Notes under the pieces: generated by a model
Seen by the model: only the letters and a program-made list of their open reading frames with translations
Told to the model about the DNA's origin: nothing
Databases searched by the model: none
Made by a program: the position numbers and the translations under genes
Assembly: GCF_037042905.1 (NCBI RefSeq)
Contig: NW_026974140.1
Coordinates: 496,001 to 558,000 of the forward strand
From: Lytechinus pictus
Lineage: Eukaryota
Direction of reading: 5' to 3'
DNA: 62,000 nucleotides
Shown here: positions 52,991 to 62,000 of the stretch, piece by piece
Position numbering within the stretch: the stretch's first letter is position 1
How the letters are laid out: every line of letters begins with the position of its first letter

Positions 52991-53339
52991 TACTTTGTGC
53001 TGTACATGGTCTAGGACTTCCCATAATCATCTGTATCGTCACCACCGCTGTTACTATAGCAATCATCTTCATTCATAAACCTTCATAAATCAATACTTTG
53101 TTTCGTTATCACCTAAATCAATGTTTCCATTCAGAAAGTTTTGTACCTATGTTTAAATGCCACCGTAATATCATACATCAAGTGTTGGATCTGGTCAAAT
53201 AATAACATTTTAGCTGAGAAAAATCCAGGGATTCTGATGATTGCTCACACAAAAGGGTTTATATGGGACATGGTATTACTATTTTTTGGGGGGAGGGGGA
53301 CCCCAGCATTTTCTGGAATTCCTATACCCCTTTTTTAGG

Positions 53340-56300
53340 GGATCAGGACAACTAACCCCCGGACAATTACCCCCCGAGGACAATTACCCCCCGATGACAA
53401 TTACCCCCCGGACAATTATTCCCCGGACAATTATCCCCCGGACAATTACCCCGGACAATTACCCCCCGGACAATTACCCCCGAAGACAATTACCCCCAGA
53501 AACCCCCCCCCCCCCTTCTCTCCAGCATCAATGTTAGAATTAAGCGGGACCCAATGTAAGTTTTTGTCGGTGGCACAGGTTTTTGAAATATTTTCTACTT
53601 TATCTTATGTTAATAACTTTTTTTTTCTTTTATATTGCTCTTTCTCCTGTTCTCTCACTTTCTTCTGTTTTCCTTTTTTTGTTGACCGGCGCCTTCTGCA
53701 TCATAAAAACATGGGGGGGGGGGGGGCTTGCACCCGAAACCTCCAGTTTGGATATGCATATATACATCAGAAAATGTGTAAACTGGCCCTCATACTAAGT
53801 TTTCATAGAACAATTGAACACGATTAGTCATAAAATAATCACAAATGATGAAAATTAAACAATGAAAATGAAAAATATATTTCATGTCTTCGATGAGATA
53901 CATATCTTGCTAAATAGGCTAATATGTAGCTTAAAATATCAAGTTTTGAAATCGATATACAAAGCATATTTCAGCTCGGACATTATTCATTATTTTGTTT
54001 GATTTACAAAACAAACTGATTTTTAAGTGCTCTGTTTAATGTCTCTTTTATGGTGTGAATATAACTTGCAGCTTGTGTTATGCACTCGCATAATTTGAAT
54101 CGCAAAATGATATAACAAACTACTTACCCTTTTATGACAGTTTACCAAAAATTTCGTCTCATGGTTTGCGCTCGCATTTTTGTTAAAAATATGTCAACTC
54201 ACAAATCCTATTCATGATTACAAAAGTGCTCAAAATATCAATTTTTCAGGCCTTAGTGTCAACACATTTCGCTCACTCATTAGGCTTATTACATTAATAA
54301 ATATGATAATAAAATTTTCATGAATTCTTAATGACTAAATTGTTCCTTTTCAGAAAAGAATTTCGACAATATCACAGTTTCATATGTTTCATATCGCGCT
54401 TAGGAAGAGGAAGAAGAAAGTTGTCATCACTTTCATATGATGACAAAATGTCCTTAGACCTAGAATGTCCAGGTTCTAGGTCATAATGAAGATATCAGCT
54501 CGCGCTTCACACTCGCATCATTTATTAAGTGCTATCCACAATCAACATCCACTTCACAATTTCCCTACACAATGCTTTAGATAGTGCTCAAATTCAACAT
54601 TTTCATACCGGAATATTAAGTATTTTCAGCTCGCGCTTCGCGCTCGCATTATTGATTTTCGTGATAAAAATATCAGAATGCCCAGATTCTGTCTAAATCT
54701 AAAACACGCGCACAGCATTTAGATATGCAGCTTCATCTTTATACAAAACGTGCTAAAATTGTCTAGTTTCAGATCAGATCGCGCTTTGCGCTCGCATAAT
54801 TACTGTAGGAAGAAACCAAATTACCCATCTTTTTTCATGATTTACAAAACATGATTAGAGTGTCCCATTTATAGGTCTAAAATCTCAATTTTTTCCGCTT
54901 GCGCTTCGCGCTCGCATCTATTGTTTTGTTTATACCTATACCATTAATGATTACAAAAAGTGCTAAGAATGTAATTTTTTTTAAAGGTCAGAATGTCAAA
55001 AGAAATTCAGCTCGTGCTTCGCGCTCGCATTATTTAATAGTTGAAATATGTATCGTTTTAATGGCTAACTGCAAAACTTCCTTAACAGGTCGCTTTTCGA
55101 TCAAGCTAGAAACCATATTCTAAATTTCTGCTCGCGCTTCGCGTTCGCAGTACTTATCTAGTTACATACGCATCTTGTTCAGGTTCACAAACATTGCCCA
55201 GAATAGTCAATTTTCAGAATAAAATATATACATGCAATTCCAAAAATGTTCAGCTCGCGCTTCGCGCTCGCACTATTTAAATAGGGCTTATAAGACAATT
55301 ACACTTTTTATTTTGTTTTATAAAAATAAAGCATAGACATGACTGTTAGGACATCGTCGTTTTGCCCCCACCCTTATTTTTCACGACCAAGCAAAACAAA
55401 AAAAGAAAAGGAAAGGGATAAGGGTTAAATAAAGGCCTATTATTTTCGTAAAATGTTATGTAAAAATCTATCAAAAACTTTAATTTTTGTAATAAAAAGG
55501 TTGAAATTTTAGTTCACTCGCTTTGCTCGCTCGCAACTTATTAATTTTTACTTGATACGCTGTATTGAGTCCCATCACATTTTGTTGGCTTATTACTCCA
55601 CTGAGCTAACCCCTTCAAAGAAAAAAATTAAAATGGGTGAAAAAAAATTTCGGGCCCCCCTATTGGCAAGAGCTGGATCCGCCCCTGCCATCTGCAAATC
55701 TTTACGAAACCCAGAATTTGATCATAATTTGTAAGTCACCGTAGCATAAGATCATTTGTTTTGGCAATCTTCGCAGTGGCGTGGTATACGGGGGACCAGG
55801 GGGGCACGTGCCCCTCCCTGATATTTGGTTTGCCCCCCTGAAAAAATTGACAGCGCAAAAAAGGGGGGAGAAAGAAAGAAACAAAAAAAGAAGGGGAAAA
55901 TGAGAGGAGGAAGAGGAGTGAATAATATAAGGTGAAGGGAAGACTTTCTTTTATGTCACTATATAACATTTTCGCTCACGCTTCCCGCTCGCATTGCCTT
56001 TTCGATGAGATTCATATCCTGCTCAATATAGGCTGATATGGAGCTTAAAATATCAAGTTTTGAAGTCGATATACAAAACATATTTCATCTCGGACATTGA
56101 GCTTTCATTATTTTTAAATTTACAAATTGATTTGTTCAAGTGCTCTGTAAAATTTCCGTTTTAGGGTCTAAATATTAATATTTTCAGCTCACGCTGCTCG
56201 GTCGCATCATTTGATTTGCATACGCCTACTTCTTTATAAATTCTTACAAACCGTCCTTAAAATGCACCTTAAACGAATTGTATACTATCATGATTGCCAA

Positions 56301-57302
56301 TTTGTATAGAAAAAACACTGTATTTTATTATGTCATATTTGTTTACAATTTATTAATTTTGGTACTTAATTTCCTACTTTAATGTTTAATTGCTTTCATC
56401 CAAGAATAATACACACAAAACACCTAGTAATTTTACCATTTAGGGCCTAAATGGTAAAATTACAAGGTGTTCTTATGTGTATTATCTTTGCATAAAGTTT
56501 TTTAGCTTACTGTATTAAGTTATAAAGCCACATCTTAATCTGGAATGTGCACCAATTGTTTCATAATTCTTAGCTTCTTGTTAGTTGAATTGTTTTAAAA
56601 TAACAGGTTTGTATGTCCTACTTGACAGTGTTAGTGTTGATAGTTGCGTTATCGACTCTCAATATTTATACCTATGAAGGTGTCTTTTTTACGTCTTATC
56701 TATTTGCCTGATTTCTTTCCTAAAAAAAAATCAGATCAGTTGGTATAAGAGATACTCAGCATTTGTGATTATTTTGACTAATCGTGTTCAATTGTTCTAT
56801 GAAAGGTTAGTATGAGGGTAAATTTACACATTTTTTGATGTATATATGCATAGCCAATCGGGAGGTTTTCATGATGCAGAAGGCGCCGCTAAACAAAAAA
56901 ACAAAAAAAAGAAAGAAAGTGAGACAACAGGGGAAAGAGCAATATAAAAGAGAAAGAAGACGTTATTAACGTAAGATATAGTAGAAAATATTTCGAAAAC
57001 CTGTGCCACCGACCAAAACGTCCTGCTTAATTATAACATTGATGCTGGAGAGAAGGGGGGGGGGATTTTCTGGGGGTAATTGTCCGGGGGGTAATTGTCC
57101 TCGGGGGTAATTGTCATCGGGGGGGTAATTGTCCGGGGGTAGTTGTCCGGGGGGTAGTTGTCCATGGGGTAATTGTCCGGGGGGTAATTGTCCTCGGGGG
57201 GGTAATTGTCCTCAGGGGGTAATTGTCCGGGGTGTAGTTTTCCGGGGGGGGGGGTAATTGTCATCGGGGGGTAATTGTCTGGGGGTAATTGTCCTATAAA
57301 CC
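53340..57302. mobile_element. Foldback/MULE-like non-autonomous element with ~500-bp TIRs containing GGACAATTACCCCC tandem arrays
   Basis: 53340-~53850 is the reverse complement of ~56757-57302 (GGACAATTACCCCC arrays, CTCCAGCATCAATGTTA, GTCGGTGGCACAGGTTTT, GGCGCCTTCTGCATCAT, CAATTGAACACGATTAGTCA); GG termini; flanks TTTTTTAG(G) / CTTTTTAG(A). Confidence 0.85.
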
Positions 57303-57492
57303 CTTTTTAGAGCTATTTTGTCATATTTGTCTAGTTGTTGGATTCTGTTCGAACCATTCTTGAGATCGTTGCCACAAATGTTATTTATCTTTAATTACTT
57401 TATGATTCGTTGAAATGGGGAATACTAAATGTAATTATTGGTGATTTCAACTAATTTTAATTTACCTGACGTATTATATCGTTTATTTACAG

Positions 57493-57671
57493 GAAAACTT
57501 AATGAAGAGGAAGAGCACACAATTATTAAAGCACCCAGTCGCAACGTTAATAGAAGAGAGAAGCACGTTTGGCCTAAGACGAAAAGGATACTGGACGACT
57601 TCTACCGGCCATACAACAAGAAACTATCAATTTTACTGAATGATGACAAATTCCTGTATCCGACATTTTAG
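57493..57671 (+). CDS. CHST15: Terminal coding exon of the CHST15-like sulfotransferase
   Basis: TTTACAG acceptor; phase 1 matches the donor at 7250 (A+GA = Arg). KLNEEEEHTIIKAPSRN...VWPKTKRILDDFYRPYNKKLSILLNDDKFLY* resembles the sulfotransferase C-terminal MWP.T..IL.DFYRPFN..LA..L.D..F motif. Confidence 0.85.
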
Positions 57672-58149
57672 TTTAAAAATACGTGATTTTGATTTTGTTG
57701 TTTATTTTGTAAGCGGAATATTTTATAATTCGTATATCAGATAAAAATCGCCACATAATTAATAGTCAGAATTGAAAATATATCAGGAAGGAAAAATTCA
57801 TTGGCACTAGGATCAAAACATCCCCCCCCCCCCGCAGAAAGAAAATATATATAATAACTTAATTTTTCCCGAAAGTTTAATTTCAAATTGTATTTTTCTT
57901 TCATGAGGACATAAAACAGGGGAAAGGGTACTTAACAGAAAAACCACAATTCCCTGATGATAAAGCACATGGCCTATTTAAAAGTTGTCCTTGCTCCTTG
58001 TCATAATTCACTTACCCAGTTGCCAGTTTGAAATCTACATAGTATAACTTTCTTATTGCTTGTCCGATTTCTTTCAAACTTTCACCATTCTTATTTTTCT
58101 CCTTCCCAACACAACATTTTATGGCCAAGGCTGGATTCCCCTTTAAGTT

Positions 58150-60803
58150 CAATTAGTTTAGCATTAACATGAAAGGTATTAGCCCTCTTATACATGGTTG
58201 TGTGTTTTTACACTTTTCTACGTAAACATATCTTTTGAACATTAGTACCAAATGGTTTAGTAGTATTTTTGGGGGGCCTTTCCAGTCCATAATGAATCCA
58301 AGTATCATGATTTTCTAACTAACATCTTCACACTTAACATTAAAATTCTTGCCAATCTTACAAATGAATTTCCGTCGAAGACTAGACATAACATTACAGT
58401 CATAAAACAAATGAACAGGTGCCTCTGGATTTGAATGACAGAATGTGCAAGTTTCTGAGTAGACTACTTTCATCTTAAACAATTTATGATTAGTATACAA
58501 TATATCATGAATTAATTTGAATAGAAAAAATATCATTGTTGCTTATATTGTGCGCTTAAACGGTTTAAATTTGAGACCAGTCATCATCTTGAATATCAAA
58601 CGTTGTAGAAAATAATTGTTCACTAACTGGTTTGGTTATAAACCCAGACAAAAGGTTCTTGCATAGTGCTTTGGATTTCACATTATATAATGCAAAAGTC
58701 ACTTTTTCTTGTTGTTACTGATCTTAATTATTTTTATCCCATAACATTTGTAATATCAAAGGATGAAATTCACATTTTCATTCTTTCTTCACTGACCCGA
58801 TTACTGCCATGTATTGTAACAAAATGGTTATTTTTAACACCTTTTTCCATTCCAATAATCGAAATGTAAAAAAGATATTCCATCACTTTTTGATAACTGA
58901 TGAATATTTGATAGCCTGCTCCACTTATTATTAATCAATATATATTTATTATTCCATCCACATTGCCTCAGTATGCTAACCTGGCTTGTATCATTGGTGA
59001 CCAAATCCAAAGAAATATCTGTTTTTGACCACGCTTTCAATGACGCAATATAGAATGGAGGGATATCCTTAATTTCTGGTAGTTTCTCAATTGCATAATT
59101 ACTGAAAAATATAAATATTCCACCATATGACTTAACGAAATATTTACACAGAGTTATCCAACTATGATTTGATCTACAGAAATATCGCTGGACCCATTTC
59201 ACTAGCTGAGCTTTTATCATACATTGAATGTTTGGGAATTTTAGTCCCCCTTCTGCATAATCAGCAAAAATAGTTGTTCCTGCAATTTTATCTGGGTCAT
59301 TCCAGATGAGTTTTTCAACTTCTTTTACAAAAGCAATGGGTAATGATATGTTGGATAATAGATAAATAGCATTGGACATGATAAAAGTTATCAATATTTG
59401 TGTTTTCCAATCAAGGTAGGTCTTCTGTTTTTCCTTTTATTTATAGTATATTTCTCACCTCTTTAACTCTGGTTTCAAAATTGCTTTTCATTGCTTCTTC
59501 TGCATCATATGAAAAGAAGATACCTAAAACTTTAATTCCTTTCTCTGGCCATAGACTGTAACACTGCTCTTTTCAACGAGATGACGATTCTTACCAATCC
59601 ACGTGCCATTTAGTTTTTATTTACTTATACATGAACCAGATATTTTAGAAAATTCCTCAAACTCTAAAAAGACATGTTGTAGGGAGTAATGGTCTTTACA
59701 GAAACATGTAATGTCATCTGCATAAGCAGTGTACTTTACTACTTTTCCTTCAACTTCAAAACCCTTTATTCTGTCATTATTTCTGACCCTATTTAAGTTA
59801 ACCTCTAATCCCTAAATAAATAATAGGGGCGCAATTGGGTTCCCTTGTCTTACTCCTCTACTTACTTTGAAATAGCATGTAGTAAATCCCTTTACGAGAA
59901 CAGAGCTCTTGATATCCTTATAAACAGTTTTAACCGCTGGATAATGGAAGGCCCAAAGTTATAAGCTTCCTAACAGTTAACAAATAAAAGAGTGGTTTAA
60001 TGAGTCGAACGCCTTGGTAAGATCTAACGCCATAATTATGACTTGACAGTCTTCCTTTCTTGCATAAAACATTAAATCTGATATTAATCGAATTCATTTA
60101 TCAATGTATCTACCCTTTATAAATGCCGTCTGTTGACAGTCATACAGCTTTCCTATTACTTTAGATTACCAGTTTACCAGTTATTCAAAAAGCGCCATTC
60201 TTTATTGGGCGTTGGGATCAATTTTATCACCCTTTTCCTTTGTGAAACTGACATAGATTGGTATTTATATGCTGCATTGAAGGAGTATATTATATATTTT
60301 GAGACCAGGGGCCAGAATGTCTCGTAAAAATTCACTGTTAGGCCATAATTTCCTGGTGTTTTATTTTTAGCAATTTTAACCAGTTCTTGTTTTGCTTCAT
60401 TACATGAGATTAAACCTTCACATTAAGCCTCTTATGATTCTGATATCTTTTCCAGATTACTATGACAAATGTAACTGTTGGAGATCTCTTCATCTACTTT
60501 GTCTCTGTTTGAAAAAAAAATCAGCAAAATATTCCTAATAAATCTTTGAATATCTGATTGTTTTCTTAAAGTCCCATCATTCGTATCCATTACATCAATA
60601 GATGTATTTTCAGCCTGGCTTTTATTCAATGATAAAACAATATCTGTTGTTTTTTCCCCTTCTCACACCAATTGCATCTAGATCTCAAAATTGCCCCTTC
60701 TGCAAAATAATCATACAATTTATGTAATTCCTCTTCGATCTTTTATTTCTATCTACAACTTATTCATCTAAGCAGATTCCTTACATTTCGCTTCTTTCAC
60801 ATA
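58150..60803 (-). mobile_element. Decayed L1/Tx1-clade LINE ORF2 (RT + C-terminal zinc knuckle)
   Basis: Minus strand reads AEGAILRSR, KNKTPGNYGLTV, ALDLTKAFDS, RGVRQGNPIAPLLF, AYADDITCF, EGGLKFPNI, CTFCHSNPEAPVHLFYDC; many frameshifts. Confidence 0.9.
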
Positions 60804-60805
60804 TA

Positions 60806-62000
60806 CACTACTCAAAAAAAGTTAAGGACCACTTTTTAAAACGTACATAAATATTTTATACAAGGTGTTTTATTTCTGGAAATACCTCAGTACAACTGTC
60901 CTAAATGTCCTTAAACACGCTGTAATCAATTTCACGCATGGGTGGTTTCAGTTGTTGCACAATGTCTCTCGCATCACTGCACATCCTGAAAAGTGGGCCC
61001 CGAGGGGTATCAGCTACCGACATGAAGTGGTAAAAACGAATGTCTGAGTGTCTTTCAGGCAGTTCAGTAACGAGTGTGACCACCTCCTGCAGCAATAACG
61101 GCTTCACAGCGCTGTCTCATGGAGCTGATGAGGCGATTGATGTCTCTGACGTCCAGTGCATCCCATGCAGCCTCCAGAGCCACACCCAGCTGCTGCAGTC
61201 CAAGTGGATGGGCTTCGAGCTGCTCGAGACTCCTCCCCATCATGTCCCAGACGTGCTCTATCGGGTTTAAGTCCGGGGACCTCGCTGGCCACTCCATACG
61301 CTCAATCCCCTGGCCCTCAAGGAACTCGGTCACCACCCTAGCTCGGTGGGCACGGGCATTGTCATCCATGAAAATGATGTTTTGTCCCACATTTTCTGCA
61401 AATGGCACCACTATAGGTTCAAGGACCTCATCCCTGTACCTCACTCCTGTCATTGCTCCCCCTGGGACCACGTAGAGACGAGTACGGTTGGCGTAGGTGA
61501 TGCCTCCCCACACCATGACGCTGCCTCCCCCATAACGGTCATGTTCTGCAATACAGGGGTCTGCAAATCTCTCTCCTGGTCGCCTCCAGACTCTCGAACG
61601 TCCATCATTGTGGTCAAGGGAAAATCTGCTCTCATCTGTGAACAGAACTCTACGCCATTGCTGTCTGGTCCATCTGACATGCTCCCGAGCCCAGTTGAGA
61701 CGAATTCTTCTGTGAGCAGGGGTGAGTGGGACACACTGAGCTGGCCGTCTGGCATGCATATTGGCTCTGTGAAGTCGGTTACGGATTGTTTGAGTGGAAA
61801 CAATCACTCCAGTTGCTGCAGCGAAGTCATTGTTGAGGCGGCGTGCACTGTGAAAGCGGTTGCGGAGGCTGAGATTCGTCAAGTAGCGATCATCTCTAGG
61901 GGTTGTCGAAACTGGTCGGCCACTGCGGGGTCTCTCGGAGTATAGCCCTGTCTCTCGGTGTCTTTGATTTGCTCTGCTAATGACACTGTGTGACACGCCC
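60806..62000 (-). mobile_element. Tc1 DNA transposon (one end in window)
   Basis: TA|CACTACTCAAAAAAAGTTAAGG terminus at 60806; transposase ORF within. Confidence 0.9.
61064..62000 (-). CDS. Tc1-family DD34E transposase, 5'-truncated by the window edge
   Basis: RSGRP, HTH region, VLFTDESRF, VMVWGGI, FMDDNARAH, WPARSPDLNPIEHVW (34 residues between D and E), GGHTRY*; no stop codons. Confidence 0.95.
   Translation of the reverse strand, partial: GVSHSVISRANQRHRETGLYSERPRSGRPVSTTPRDDRYLTNLSLRNRFHSARRLNNDFAAATGVIVSTQTIRNRLHRANMHARRPAQCVPLTPAHRRIRLNWAREHVRWTRQQWRRVLFTDESRFSLDHNDGRSRVWRRPGERFADPCIAEHDRYGGGSVMVWGGITYANRTRLYVVPGGAMTGVRYRDEVLEPIVVPFAENVGQNIIFMDDNARAHRARVVTEFLEGQGIERMEWPARSPDLNPIEHVWDMMGRSLEQLEAHPLGLQQLGVALEAAWDALDVRDINRLISSMRQRCEAVIAAGGGHTRY

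Noticed and set aside
53241..53537. PEDNYPP/PRTIT repeat ORFs (also 57031-57264)
   Set aside because: Translations of the GGACAATTACCCCC tandem array in the TIRs.
61040..61945. Plus-strand ORFs up to 199 aa overlapping the Tc1 transposase
   Set aside because: Antisense shadows of a GC-rich coding sequence with no motifs.

Overview
Eukaryotic (animal) genomic DNA that is AT-rich, intron-containing and repeat-dense. The repeat types resemble a sea urchin or other marine invertebrate, which is inference only. Most of the window is one ~50-kb phase-1 intron (7250-57492) between the last two coding exons of a CHST15 (GalNAc4S-6-O-sulfotransferase)-like gene on +. Nested in that intron on the same strand are two apparently intact genes about 2.1 kb apart. 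The first is an intronless coiled-coil + BEN-domain ORF (16341-16967). The second is a 5-exon, 553-aa Zator-type DDE transposase (19137-24377) whose splice phases all match, with a D..D43E triad and a C-terminal C2H2 finger. The rest is transposon debris. There are two decayed Gypsy/Ty3 elements: one has an extra C2H2-zinc-finger/RS-rich ORF between pol and the 3' LTR, the other has RT/RNase H deleted in frame. Also present are an LTR, L2 and L1/Tx1 LINE fragments, an intact-looking Tc1 DD34E transposase running off the window end, many MITEs (Tc1/mariner, piggyBac, hAT, Sola-like), a 9.9-kb Kolobok-like TIR pair, a 4-kb foldback element and a 49-bp satellite with 5/6-mer higher-order structure. 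I found no supportable rRNA, tRNA or CRISPR. Family assignments come from motif recognition by eye; no database searches were run.
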